From the sequence record PV296021.1: a stretch of 44,400 nucleotides of DNA. One strand, 5' to 3'. Each line of letters opens with the position of its first letter. Positions within the stretch are counted from its first letter, which is position 1. Under the pieces are notes generated by a model, which was not told the origin of the DNA, ran no database searches, and worked only from the letters and a program-made list of their open reading frames with translations. The stretch comes from Enterococcus phage fHoEfm07. Position numbers and translations under genes: made by a program. Below, in pieces: positions 1 through 9,642 of this stretch.

Positions 1-2
1 GA

Positions 3-608
3 TTGACGAAGAAAAAGCCGGCCGATCAAAAGAAGCGTGCAGGCCGTAAAAGCAAGTATGAAACACACGTCAAGCCTTACTTTGAGCGCATCGAACTAAT
101 GAAGAAAAATGGATATCATGATGAAGACATTGCAAAAGCATTGGACGTCAACAAGTCGACATTTTCATCTTTTAAAAGCAAATATCCCGAATTAAGAGAA
201 TTATTGGAAAAGGCAAACGTTGATCTTGAATTGAAAGTGATCGATTCACTAGCGCAACGAGCCGTAGGGATGAGATACACCGAAAAGAAGAAGATCATGC
301 GCAAAAAAGAAGGCCAGGTGGTATTTCAAGAGATCGTGGAAACAGAGAAATTCTTGCCACCAGACGTGGGAGCAATAGCGTTATACATGAAGCGTAACAA
401 CATTTACAACACAGCAGAAGAAGAATTGACGAAAGCCCGGATCAGAAAGGCCAACGCCGAAACAGATATGCTAACCGGAGAAAGCCAGGGAGAAGATGCA
501 AACAATTGGGCGCAAGGCGTGCTAAGCCTTACAGAAAGGCAAAGGATGGCCAACGGAGAGCGCAGGCGCATCTTTGATGATGAGGAAACGGACAAAATGG
601 AAGAGTAA
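3..608 (+). CDS. terS: Terminase small subunit (P27-like, HTH-containing); 5' end may lie upstream of the window
   Basis: Basic N-terminus (KKRAGRKSKY) followed by an HTH-like segment (DIAKALDVNKSTF). Sits immediately upstream of the large terminase gene. The ORF begins at window position 3 on a TTG. Confidence 0.65.
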   Translation: MTKKKPADQKKRAGRKSKYETHVKPYFERIELMKKNGYHDEDIAKALDVNKSTFSSFKSKYPELRELLEKANVDLELKVIDSLAQRAVGMRYTEKKKIMRKKEGQVVFQEIVETEKFLPPDVGAIALYMKRNNIYNTAEEELTKARIRKANAETDMLTGESQGEDANNWAQGVLSLTERQRMANGERRRIFDDEETDKMEE

Positions 609-727
609 CGTTATTTTTATTTTGTGCCGCCACCGGAGCAGTATCAAACAAAAGTATTGATATATCAACAATCATGAAAAAACGGCAATTTTAGCAGACT
701 GTTATTTTTGCCAGAAAGGAAAGAAAT

Positions 728-2203
728 ATGACTGAAAAAGATAAAACCATCGAAGCGGATAAGATCGATTGGGCAGAGATTGTCAGCGTATATTACAATG
801 ATCCAGTCGCATTCGCAGAAGACTTTTTGAATTTTGTGCCGGACGATTGGCAAGCAAAGGTCATGTATGATATATGTGATCATCCATTCGTTGCCGTCAA
901 GTCCGGTCAAGGTGTAGGGAAAACAGGGGTCGAATCAGCGGTGATCTTGTGGTACTTATGCACAAGGCCGAACGCAAGGATTGTGGCAACAGCACCAACG
1001 AAACAGCAGTTGCAAGATGTCTTGTGGGCGGAGGTTTCGAAGTGGCTTGTAAACACGAAGCTCGAACGATTGATCACGTGGACGAAAACAAAGATATACA
1101 TGAACGGTCATGGGGAACGATGGTTCGCAGTAGCTAAGACATCTAACCGGCCAGAAAACATGCAAGGTTATCACGAAGAAAACATGATCTTTATTGTGGA
1201 CGAAGCATCCGGGATCGATGATGAAGTAATGGAAGCCGTATTGGGTACGTTGTCCGGTAAAAACAACAAGCTTTTGATGATGGGAAACCCCACGAAAGTT
1301 TCCGGGATATTCTACGATGCATTTCATAAGGATCGCAGAGATTACAAAACACACACAGTCGATTCCAGGAACAGCCCAAGAGCATCCAAAGAAAACATCC
1401 GGCGTTTGATCAATCGATACGGCGAAGAAAGTGACGTGGTGGCAGTCCGTGTCAAAGGCGATTTCCCAAGTGGAGAGCCGAACGCATTCATTTCACTAAC
1501 CGAAGTAGAAAAGGCCGTATCAAGAGATTTGGAAGGCTACGAGAAACGCAGGTTCGATGCTTACAAGTTTTATACAAACGGCGTGATCCAAAACATCATC
1601 GATATTCCAAAAGATGCAGAAATACGGATCGGGGTCGATATTGCCAGACATGGGGATGATGAAACAGTTCTCGCACCACGTGTCGGCCTTTACTCGCTAC
1701 CATTGCAAACATTCGGCAAGCAAGACTTAATGACCACCACAGGGCGCATCATGCTAATGGCGAAGGAACTACACGAGATATACAACCGTAAGATCGCAAT
1801 CACGTTGGATGACACAGGGGTCGGCGGTGGTGTCACAGACCGACTGAAAGAGATCGTGACAGAAGAAAATTTGGATTGGATGCAGGTCGATCCGGTCAAC
1901 TTTGCTGAAAAGGGTAACGATGATTATATGGGCGTTATCTCTTTGATGTATGGGAACTTTAAAGATTACATCGATTCCATCAAGTTGCCAGATGATAACG
2001 ACATGATCGGACAACTTACGATCCGCCGGTTCGATGTCGAGAGCAAAGGGCGCATCAAGATCGAATCCAAAAAGGAAATGAAGCGCCGTGGCCATCCGTC
2101 ACCGGATAGAGCCGAAGCCGTTGTGATGTCGTATTACAAACCGCCATTCGATGCTACTCAATTCAAGATAACGCCACAAATGATCAAAATTAATAAGAAA
2201 TAG
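728..2203 (+). CDS. terL: Terminase large subunit (ATPase/nuclease)
   Basis: 491 aa with a Walker A-like motif (KSGQGVGKTG) near the N-terminus and acidic nuclease-type C-terminal half. Position between terS and portal. RBS AAAGGAAAG precedes the ATG. Confidence 0.85.
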   Translation: MTEKDKTIEADKIDWAEIVSVYYNDPVAFAEDFLNFVPDDWQAKVMYDICDHPFVAVKSGQGVGKTGVESAVILWYLCTRPNARIVATAPTKQQLQDVLWAEVSKWLVNTKLERLITWTKTKIYMNGHGERWFAVAKTSNRPENMQGYHEENMIFIVDEASGIDDEVMEAVLGTLSGKNNKLLMMGNPTKVSGIFYDAFHKDRRDYKTHTVDSRNSPRASKENIRRLINRYGEESDVVAVRVKGDFPSGEPNAFISLTEVEKAVSRDLEGYEKRRFDAYKFYTNGVIQNIIDIPKDAEIRIGVDIARHGDDETVLAPRVGLYSLPLQTFGKQDLMTTTGRIMLMAKELHEIYNRKIAITLDDTGVGGGVTDRLKEIVTEENLDWMQVDPVNFAEKGNDDYMGVISLMYGNFKDYIDSIKLPDDNDMIGQLTIRRFDVESKGRIKIESKKEMKRRGHPSPDRAEAVVMSYYKPPFDATQFKITPQMIKINKK

Positions 2204-2215
2204 GGGGATAACACA

Positions 2216-3736
2216 ATGAATTTTTTTAACAAGAGCATCCGGGAAAAGAAAGAACGTGAGAAAGCCAGCAAGGAAAAGCGAAGTCGTGAATTAGTCATGC
2301 AACAGTTGGATGCAGTAGGCAACCAGGCCAGGGATATGATTTCGGTCATGGCTGTTAAGAAAGCCGAAAAGAATCCAAAAGGACGGCAGACAGAACCAAA
2401 ATATGAGCAGTTTAATCTAATTAAGAACATGCCGATTAAACGTGAATATTATCGATCAAAACAAGCGATCGAATTGCTTTATTATATTTTGAATGTCACA
2501 CCGGATGGATCGCAGGCAAAGAACAATTATTTGCGATTAGCTAACAAGGGGCATTATGTCGAAGTGTTGGGATTTGATGGTAAACCGCACGCAGAAGGCA
2601 CAGCCTATATCAACGAAGAACTTGCGCCACGAATCGGCAAGATATACGGCAAGGGCGCTGATGGCCTGGTAGACGTGTTGAATCTATCGGCATATGTTTC
2701 CGGAGCGGAAGCGATGGAAGTCGAATTGACGGAAAACCTCGATGATGTCGTAGACTTTCACATCATTTCGCCAGAAACCTTGCAATACATCATCAAGGAA
2801 GAAGATGGAACGTTGCAATTGGCGCAAGTTTTAACAGACGGAACAACACAGGAATTGAATGATCAAGTCCGATATATCCCAATTGATCCGATGATTGATG
2901 ATCCTTACGGAGTAAGCCCAATCATTCCGGCATTACAAGCGTTGATCTTTCAAAAAGAATTCATTGACGATCTGAAAGCAGTAGCACATCATCAAGGCCA
3001 CGCCAGAATGGATGTTTCCATCGTAGCCGATAGCATAATTTCATCAGCACCAGACAGCATCAAGAATGATCCAGAACGATTGACAACATTTGTGAATCAG
3101 CAGATCGATCAGATCAAGTCAGACTTTGAGGAATTAGAGCCAACAAGCGACTTTTTCCACACAGACGGCGTGCAGGTAGATATGGCAGGTGGAACGCAAG
3201 GAAGATCGATGGATTTCACACCGCTAATGACCGTAGTCGATAGACAAGTTATGCAGGCATTGAAACAATTGCCGATCTTAATGGGTCGAAATGAATCGAC
3301 AACAGAAACGCATGGATCAATCCAATGGCAAATCTTTGTTGATACTATCGAAGCATGGCAGAACGTCACAAAGCGGATGCTTGAATGGGGATACAACCTG
3401 GCATTGCAGGTCAAAGGCATCCCGGCAAAAGCGACAGTGACATTTGAGAAGGTACGTGCGGAAGATCGCAAGGCAGAAGCCGAAGCATACGAAATCGAGA
3501 TCAGAAACAACCAAGCTTTATATCAACAAGGCATCATCGATCAAGAAACGTTTGCTATGAATACCACCGGAGAAGACCCGGCAGAAGAAACGCCACGATC
3601 CCAGGGAACAGGCACAAGCGGTTCGGGAACGAACTTTTCATCGCTATTGGCTAAGTACAGCACACCGGACAATGAAGAAGGCACAGAAGAGGACGAAGAG
3701 AACGCCGGTCGTAGTCGTTCGGCATTTCCCTATTAA
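2216..3736 (+). CDS. Portal protein (SPP1 gp6-like)
   Basis: 506 aa directly downstream of terL. Acidic, Gly/Ser-rich C-terminal tail. Gene order terS-terL-portal-head morphogenesis. Confidence 0.8.
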   Translation: MNFFNKSIREKKEREKASKEKRSRELVMQQLDAVGNQARDMISVMAVKKAEKNPKGRQTEPKYEQFNLIKNMPIKREYYRSKQAIELLYYILNVTPDGSQAKNNYLRLANKGHYVEVLGFDGKPHAEGTAYINEELAPRIGKIYGKGADGLVDVLNLSAYVSGAEAMEVELTENLDDVVDFHIISPETLQYIIKEEDGTLQLAQVLTDGTTQELNDQVRYIPIDPMIDDPYGVSPIIPALQALIFQKEFIDDLKAVAHHQGHARMDVSIVADSIISSAPDSIKNDPERLTTFVNQQIDQIKSDFEELEPTSDFFHTDGVQVDMAGGTQGRSMDFTPLMTVVDRQVMQALKQLPILMGRNESTTETHGSIQWQIFVDTIEAWQNVTKRMLEWGYNLALQVKGIPAKATVTFEKVRAEDRKAEAEAYEIEIRNNQALYQQGIIDQETFAMNTTGEDPAEETPRSQGTGTSGSGTNFSSLLAKYSTPDNEEGTEEDEENAGRSRSAFPY

Positions 3737-4709
3737 GCCCGGAACGAACCGGGCAGAAGGATCAGACGAATTCATCGCAGAGATCGGACAGCCATTTTCG
3801 GATGAGGTAGCTAAGCGATCGATAAAGATGCAAGATGAGATCACTAAGCTATTAAGCAAACAACGTGGCTATTTCGAAAAGATGATCAAAGAATCAACAG
3901 CTTTGCCGGATTTGCTTGTGGATAAGTATGTCGGAGAGAAAGAAGAAAGTGAAAAGCGGATCGATTTCGAAGATTTTGGCTTTGAGTTTGACACAGAGCA
4001 GGAGAAAGAAGCGTTCCTTTTATGGTTCAAAGCGAATTTTTACACCGATGAAATGGATAAATTGATGCAAGAGGAATGGACGGAAATCCTTATGCGTTGG
4101 ATCACAGACATCGTGACAGTGGTCGGCGAAATTAATCTTGCAGTTATCGGCATCGATACGGATTTCGGTTGGATCGATGATGCATTAGTCGAACAAGTCG
4201 AATACATGGCCACCACATCCACCAGGGAAATAGTGGGAACGAATTATCGATCAGTCATGAAAAACATCCTGGGAACGGTCAAAAAGGGCAATTGGTCGAT
4301 TCCAGAAGCCGTGAAGAACCTCAAAAAAGAGTTTGCCTTTTCAAATAAGCGTGCAAAAGTGATCGCACGAACGGAGATATTGCGAGCGCAGTCAACAGGC
4401 CAATTCGGATCGGACATTGATGCATATGATCGGGGATTGATCATCGGCAAGGAATGGCACAGCACACACGATCATCGCACAAGAGATTCGCACGTGTCAG
4501 CAGATGGCCAGATTCGGGAGTTCCTAGAGCCGTTCGAAGTAGTCAGCAATGGCACAGTATCTTATATGTTTTATCCAAGAGATACATCGCTATCAGCGCC
4601 GGCAAACGAGGTCATTCAGTGCAGATGTTTCTATACTCGTATCATGGCAGGCCAGGAACAAAAAATGATCGATGCCGGATATAGCGTTGACGAAAAAGAA
4701 AGCAACTGA
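3672..4709 (+). CDS. Minor head / head morphogenesis protein (SPP1 gp7 / Mu F-like)
   Basis: 345 aa immediately after the portal gene. The 5' end overlaps the portal gene by 65 nt in another frame, so the true start may be an internal ATG. Position and size are typical of gp7-like proteins. Confidence 0.6.
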   Translation: MKKAQKRTKRTPVVVVRHFPIKPGTNRAEGSDEFIAEIGQPFSDEVAKRSIKMQDEITKLLSKQRGYFEKMIKESTALPDLLVDKYVGEKEESEKRIDFEDFGFEFDTEQEKEAFLLWFKANFYTDEMDKLMQEEWTEILMRWITDIVTVVGEINLAVIGIDTDFGWIDDALVEQVEYMATTSTREIVGTNYRSVMKNILGTVKKGNWSIPEAVKNLKKEFAFSNKRAKVIARTEILRAQSTGQFGSDIDAYDRGLIIGKEWHSTHDHRTRDSHVSADGQIREFLEPFEVVSNGTVSYMFYPRDTSLSAPANEVIQCRCFYTRIMAGQEQKMIDAGYSVDEKESN

Positions 4710-5090
4710 TAGTATTAAATTTATCAGAAGAACCGAACACAATTATACAAAACTAAAAAATTCACTATTTTTTATCGGTTTGACTGATTCTTTCTTTTTC
4801 TGAAATGCATGTGAGGTCGTAAGGGGAAACGATCAGCGGATGAGGGTTGCGAAAGCAATCCTTTTCGTTTATACTTATCTCATACCTACTTTTTCATTTG
4901 TTTTTTTCCATACAAGGGAACTCTTTCATTCGAGAAGCGGTGCTGATGTTTTCAGTGCCGTTTTTTTATGTTAAAATGAACATACCATGCGGAAACATGG
5001 CGTGTTTAACAAAAACCATTCTTTCGACAAGGGGCGATCTCATCTTTTGATGGGGTTGCCTTTTTATTTTGCGCAGAAACACTTGTTTGC

Positions 5091-5099
5091 TGATATAAT
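5091..5099 (+). promoter_or_regulatory. Extended -10 promoter element TGATATAAT with no good -35, inside the non-coding island upstream of the 5137 gene
   Basis: Sequence tgcTGaTATAATcg. The same extended -10 architecture recurs at about 11099, 29561, 34107 and 37353. Confidence 0.35.
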
Positions 5100-5105
5100 C
5101 GAATT

Positions 5106-5119
5106 GTTACATGTGAAAC
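5106..5119 (+). promoter_or_regulatory. Inverted-repeat element GTTACAtgTGAAAC (copy A), between the promoter and the RBS
   Basis: ttGTTACATGTGAAACAtAAGGAGGGGaaagaaATG. Same arms, opposite centre orientation, as copies at 11136, 36092 and 43525. Confidence 0.4.
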
Positions 5120-5136
5120 ATAAGGAGGGGAAAGAA

Positions 5137-5487
5137 ATGGTGCTAAGAAGAGAAAGAGGGATCAGAATGCCAGTGCCGGACAAATACGACAAACGTCCGC
5201 CGGTTTGCAAAGATATGTTCGGCTTTACAATACCAGCAGATCGTAAGCCACCACAACCACCAGAACCAGTGAAAACACAAATAAAGATCGATTTTGAAGG
5301 CCAGATGTTTGATTGCGATGTAATTGACGGAGTGGCCAAGATACCAGATAAAATCGTGCAGAAAATGAAGAAAACTAACCAAAAATACGAAAAAACAACA
5401 GAAATAACAATCAAAACCGGATATGACAAGCAAAACGAAGACATTTCTGCTAAAATTCTAGTGAAGACGAAAGGAGGTGGAGAATAA
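5137..5487 (+). CDS. Hypothetical protein (117 aa), Pro/Lys-rich, with its own promoter inside the head module
   Basis: Strong RBS AAGGAGGGG 7 nt upstream of the ATG (Met51 of the longer tracked ORF 4987..5487). Preceded by about 430 bp of non-coding DNA. Confidence 0.45.
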   Translation: MVLRRERGIRMPVPDKYDKRPPVCKDMFGFTIPADRKPPQPPEPVKTQIKIDFEGQMFDCDVIDGVAKIPDKIVQKMKKTNQKYEKTTEITIKTGYDKQNEDISAKILVKTKGGGE

Positions 5488-6624
5488 ATGAATTTATACG
5501 AAAGACAAATGGCGGTTCAAACAGCATCCGGAAACGTGGAGCAATACATGGATCGCATTAATCAAATGTCACATGTGCAATTAAGCGCAGAAGATGTGTT
5601 CGTGTATCAAGGTATTATCTCATCAGATGCGATGGATAGTTACTACACAAAAATGGATGCAGAAACTTCCTTGCGAAACTATGCCAACGATTTGAAAGCA
5701 GGCACGCCATTAATGACGTATCACGAAACATCACAGTCACCGATCGGCCGATCCTTTGATTCATCAATTGATGTCAAAGAGGATGGGAAAACAGTTGTTC
5801 GGGGATTGTTTTACATCGTTCGTCATACGAAAATCAATGGAGAAAGCACAGATGATCTTATCCGCCAGATCGAAACAGGAACATTGACAGAAATGTCAGT
5901 GGGATTTGGTGGGATAAATTTATGGTATAAGTCGAGTTACGATGGCAAAGATATCTTTGAATCACGCTACTATCCAGGAGATAAAGACGAAAACGGCAAT
6001 TTAGTGTATTATTACATTATGGATGCGACATTGCGAGAAGTATCTCTCGTTTACAAGGGAGCTTGTCCGGATGCCGTAGTCGAACGAATCAGAAACGATT
6101 TGCCGAATATGGAGGATGCCGAAAGACAAATCCAGAAATATGAAACACGTTTCAACGTTCGGATCGATATGCCAAAACAGCGAAGCAAGGAGGGAAAACG
6201 GATGAACATTGAAGAAATCACAAGAGCAGTAGAAAAAGGCGATTTGCAACGTGGCGAATTGCTGAAAGCATTGAAAGTCGATGCGATCACAGACGGTCAA
6301 CGTTCGATCCTTAAGGAGTTGGGCGAAGATGCAAGCATCGAAACCGTTCGATCACTGAAAGAAAAAGCAGAGATCGGAAAACGAGCATTCGAAGAAAAAT
6401 TGGATGAGTTAGTGAAAGCACGTGTTGCGATCGGTCAAGAGTTCGATCAAGAAAAATACAAAGAACAAATGCGATCAATGGATGTCGATTTCATCGAAGA
6501 TCAAACACGATTATTCGAAGATATCAAGAAAGCAGAGTTCAAACCAGGCCGACAAACACAAAAACAAAATGACGAAGACGGCAAAGCTATTTTCGTAAGT
6601 GAATCATACAAGGGGGAGAAATAA
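5488..6624 (+). CDS. Prohead serine protease (HK97 gp4 / peptidase S78-like) fused to a C-terminal scaffold-like coiled-coil domain
   Basis: N-terminal half carries His and Ser motifs (LMTYHETS; TEMSVGFGG) resembling the S78 catalytic dyad context as I recall it. C-terminal ~150 aa is highly charged with E/K/R heptad-like sequence typical of scaffolding proteins. Position just before the capsid gene. Confidence 0.55.
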   Translation: MNLYERQMAVQTASGNVEQYMDRINQMSHVQLSAEDVFVYQGIISSDAMDSYYTKMDAETSLRNYANDLKAGTPLMTYHETSQSPIGRSFDSSIDVKEDGKTVVRGLFYIVRHTKINGESTDDLIRQIETGTLTEMSVGFGGINLWYKSSYDGKDIFESRYYPGDKDENGNLVYYYIMDATLREVSLVYKGACPDAVVERIRNDLPNMEDAERQIQKYETRFNVRIDMPKQRSKEGKRMNIEEITRAVEKGDLQRGELLKALKVDAITDGQRSILKELGEDASIETVRSLKEKAEIGKRAFEEKLDELVKARVAIGQEFDQEKYKEQMRSMDVDFIEDQTRLFEDIKKAEFKPGRQTQKQNDEDGKAIFVSESYKGEK

Positions 6625-6625
6625 A

Positions 6626-7033
6626 ATGGCAAAAAGAACGCAAGTTTTAACACCAACAAACGGCATCAATCTAACCGTATATCCTAAAGCCGGCCAAGTA
6701 ATCAAACCTGGCGATGCTTTAGTATTAGATACAACGGATGCGCTAGGTTATGGCGTTAAGTTAGCAGGAGCAAACGAAGCGCCTTTATTCGTTGCTATGA
6801 TCGGCAATGAGATCGGCGAAGCGAAAACAAAACGCAACGCAATTTCCGCAAAAGTAGTCGGAAAATACAACACTGTTTTATCATTGCCAAGCGATGATAG
6901 TGCAAACATTGGCGATTATGTATTGCCAGATGGAAACGGCGTATATGTCAAAGAAACAGTTTTAGAAGAAGGAACGCCAAAAGGATTCCTAGTTGTCTAT
7001 AAAGACAGCAAAAAAGTGGAGGTGCTATTCTAA
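6626..7033 (+). CDS. Hypothetical capsid-associated protein (possible decoration or auxiliary head protein), 135 aa
   Basis: RBS AAGGGGGAG upstream of ATG (Met10 of the tracked ORF). Lies between protease/scaffold and major capsid genes. Gly/Val-rich, beta-type composition. Confidence 0.4.
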   Translation: MAKRTQVLTPTNGINLTVYPKAGQVIKPGDALVLDTTDALGYGVKLAGANEAPLFVAMIGNEIGEAKTKRNAISAKVVGKYNTVLSLPSDDSANIGDYVLPDGNGVYVKETVLEEGTPKGFLVVYKDSKKVEVLF

Positions 7034-8127
7034 TGAAAATCTTTAAACAACCGAAAATCGAAGTGAAAAACCGTTTCGGCCAATTGGTCACATTGGAAGA
7101 AGCTAATTTCATCGAAACAGTTCGTGAACATGCAAAAAACGAACGCAACATCAGCGAAAATTTTATCAATGAAGATTCATCTATGATGGTTCGTTCATTC
7201 CTGGAAGATAATGGATTGACAATGGGAGATTTCGACAATTTCTTATCACGTGATGTAAAAGATGCACGTGTTCGTGATTTCATTTACAACACAGGACTTG
7301 AGCCAATATTCACAACAATTGTAGAATCATATGTACGTGGTCAATACGAATCAATTGATGAATTGGGCGATCTTGTGATGTCACGTGTGCCAATGGATCA
7401 AATGACACAAGCTTATTATTCAGCAATCAGCGAAGACGGCGAAGCATATGAAATGGTTATCGTGGCAGAAAGTGCAGATATCCCAGTTACTAAACTAGTA
7501 ACAGATACAAAACACATCATTGTCGCAGAGAAAAAAGGCCGTGGGCTTTCATTAACTGATGAAGCAGTGAAATCACAACGTATCGATCAATTACAAGCAT
7601 TCTTCCGCAAATTGGGGATTCGCTTGCAAAAATCCGAAGTTAAGCAAGCAATCAGCGTGCTATTAAACGGCTATTTCGGCGATATCGATGCGCCACAAAC
7701 AATCGGTGTGAAAAGCACAACATCTTATGATCTAACTGATTTATGGTTCGCACATCGTGTCATGACGGATGATTATGGTTTCGTTCCTAACGAATACATC
7801 ATGAACCGTAAGACAGCAACAGAATATCTAGGGTTGAAAGATGGCCAGGGCAATTTCTTCTTTTTACAAAACATTTTGAATGCATCATTGCCAGAAGGTA
7901 TCCAAAACGCAACGATCCGCATCAATGAAGAAATCACAGATGATAAAATCTTGCTCGTGGATAAACGCAACGCCTTGCAAGAATACGTGTTCAAAGACTT
8001 ATCAAGTGAAACAGAACGTTCAGCAAGCAAACAAGCATCAACAGTCTACACATCTAAGATCAATCAATTCGTTCCATTTGAAAAGAACGCACGCATGATC
8101 CTAGACTTGAAACAAGCACGCAGTTAA
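7033..8127 (+). CDS. Major capsid protein
   Basis: 364 aa directly after the protease-scaffold gene and followed by a strong rho-independent terminator. Stop/start overlap (TAATG) with the upstream gene. Confidence 0.6.
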   Translation: MKIFKQPKIEVKNRFGQLVTLEEANFIETVREHAKNERNISENFINEDSSMMVRSFLEDNGLTMGDFDNFLSRDVKDARVRDFIYNTGLEPIFTTIVESYVRGQYESIDELGDLVMSRVPMDQMTQAYYSAISEDGEAYEMVIVAESADIPVTKLVTDTKHIIVAEKKGRGLSLTDEAVKSQRIDQLQAFFRKLGIRLQKSEVKQAISVLLNGYFGDIDAPQTIGVKSTTSYDLTDLWFAHRVMTDDYGFVPNEYIMNRKTATEYLGLKDGQGNFFFLQNILNASLPEGIQNATIRINEEITDDKILLVDKRNALQEYVFKDLSSETERSASKQASTVYTSKINQFVPFEKNARMILDLKQARS

Positions 8128-8160
8128 GCCGGCTATTATAGCCGGTTTCCATTAATTTTT
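8128..8160 (+). terminator. Rho-independent terminator after the major capsid gene
   Basis: gCCGGCTAttaTAGCCGGt followed by ttccattaatttttt. A 7-8 bp GC-rich stem plus T-tract. Confidence 0.7.
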
Positions 8161-8175
8161 TAGGTGGTGTAAAAG

Positions 8176-8409
8176 ATGGCCAAAAAGAGTGAAGAAACAA
8201 AGAAGAAAACCAAAGAAGAAGTGAAACAGGAAGAGAAAGCGCCGGAAGAAAAGCCAGAACGCTATCGGGCGAAAAAAGGTTATCCAGTTTTCTATTACAA
8301 ATACGGCGTGATCGATCACGAATGGCGTGAACTCGATGGAGCAATGCCGTTGCTGATGAAGAGAAGAATTGAAGATGGTATGATCGAAGTAGAATCAGAG
8401 GTGCAATGA
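8176..8409 (+). CDS. Hypothetical Lys/Glu-rich small protein (77 aa)
   Basis: RBS TAGGTGGTG upstream of the ATG. Very charged N-terminus. Lies between the capsid and connector genes. Confidence 0.4.
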   Translation: MAKKSEETKKKTKEEVKQEEKAPEEKPERYRAKKGYPVFYYKYGVIDHEWRELDGAMPLLMKRRIEDGMIEVESEVQ

Positions 8410-8843
8410 TTATGTTTATAACCATCGATGATTTGAAAACGAAAGGCCGTTACAAAGAACAACGTTCGAAGATGGCTGATAATGATCTAAACGATTTGCT
8501 TGATCGGATCGATATTTATATCGAATCAAGAACCGGATGCAGTAAGTTGGAAGAAACGGACGATCCGAAGATCAAGAAACGTTTGGCCATCGCATCGATT
8601 GGCGTTGCTGATTATCTTTATTTTGTGGATAACGTCATGAAGATCGAACAAAACATGATGGGCGTTAAAAGCGAGAACATCGGAGATTATTCTTATTCGC
8701 TATCTGATGGGGGCATCGATTACAGCAAGATCGGCAATCCGGAAATCGATAGCATTTTAGATGGTTTAAGTTGTAAGAGCGAATCAGTGTTCGCATTTAG
8801 CATTTCACATCCGGAAAAACACAGATGGGGAAAGCGGTGGTAA
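8406..8843 (+). CDS. Head-tail connector / DNA-packaging protein (gp6/gp15-like)
   Basis: 145 aa, first gene after the capsid block. Call rests mainly on position in the conserved siphovirus order. Confidence 0.4.
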   Translation: MIMFITIDDLKTKGRYKEQRSKMADNDLNDLLDRIDIYIESRTGCSKLEETDDPKIKKRLAIASIGVADYLYFVDNVMKIEQNMMGVKSENIGDYSYSLSDGGIDYSKIGNPEIDSILDGLSCKSESVFAFSISHPEKHRWGKRW

Positions 8844-8844
8844 A

Positions 8845-9219
8845 ATGTTTGGCGATTTTATGATTCATACAGCAGACGTCACGGAACAAATCAAAGATGA
8901 GAACGCAGGCACAGACGAATTCAATAGACCAATCACAACCGAAAAGACCACGAGGGGAATTGAATGCCGTTTTGTCACATCCATTAAGCCGGTTTTAGAT
9001 GGAGATAAGTCCGGATTGCTAGAAACAAGCTATATTCTAGTAGATGCCGACAGCGTTCCAGACATCACTTTCAATCAAAGCACAACTGTTTCGAACATCC
9101 GGCTAAAATCGGATGATTCTATCGTTTCAGATGGCACATTCACTGTTTCCACCGTTGGCAAACAAAATGCCATGATGGGCATCCACCACCTAAAAATCTA
9201 TTTGGAAAGTGGTGGTTAA
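8845..9219 (+). CDS. Head closure / head-tail adaptor protein
   Basis: 124 aa, translationally coupled to its neighbours. Positional call only. Confidence 0.4.
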   Translation: MFGDFMIHTADVTEQIKDENAGTDEFNRPITTEKTTRGIECRFVTSIKPVLDGDKSGLLETSYILVDADSVPDITFNQSTTVSNIRLKSDDSIVSDGTFTVSTVGKQNAMMGIHHLKIYLESGG

Positions 9220-9639
9220 ATGGCCAAAAAATCGATGGTTGCATTTGGCTTTGATGAAGAAGCCAGGAAATGGATGAATAACCTAGAAAAGAACGTGCAG
9301 AAGGCCTCAAATGATGCAGTCGAAGCGATGGGCATGGTTTGGGCGGATAATGCGAAGCTTATGACCAGGAACGATCAACATATCGACACCGGGGCATACG
9401 TGAACAGCATTGCATATGCCACCAGTTTTCCCGGAAAAGATGGTGGATTCGCAGTCGGTGCAGTGATCAACGAAAAGAAGGCATTGCACATGATGGAACA
9501 GATCACTCTAGGCAGTGGAGTTTCATATGCGGTTTATCTTGAAAAAAGATATAATATATTTGCACGTTCGTTGGATGCTAGTATGGCAGAAATGAAACGT
9601 GTCGGCACAGAAGTATTCAAAAGGTCATTGGGGGTGTGA
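9220..9639 (+). CDS. Tail component (HK97 gp10-like)
   Basis: 139 aa. ATG overlaps the upstream stop (TAAATG). Positional call. Confidence 0.4.
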   Translation: MAKKSMVAFGFDEEARKWMNNLEKNVQKASNDAVEAMGMVWADNAKLMTRNDQHIDTGAYVNSIAYATSFPGKDGGFAVGAVINEKKALHMMEQITLGSGVSYAVYLEKRYNIFARSLDASMAEMKRVGTEVFKRSLGV

Positions 9640-9642
9640 TAA

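Noticed and set aside
4847-5136. Tracked ORFs 4847..5050 (67 aa) and the N-terminal 50 codons of 4987..5487 inside the non-coding island
   Set aside because: No RBS. Phe/Leu-rich translations of AT-rich DNA. They overlap the predicted terminator and promoter. The downstream ATG at 5137 has a near-perfect RBS and is the far more plausible start.
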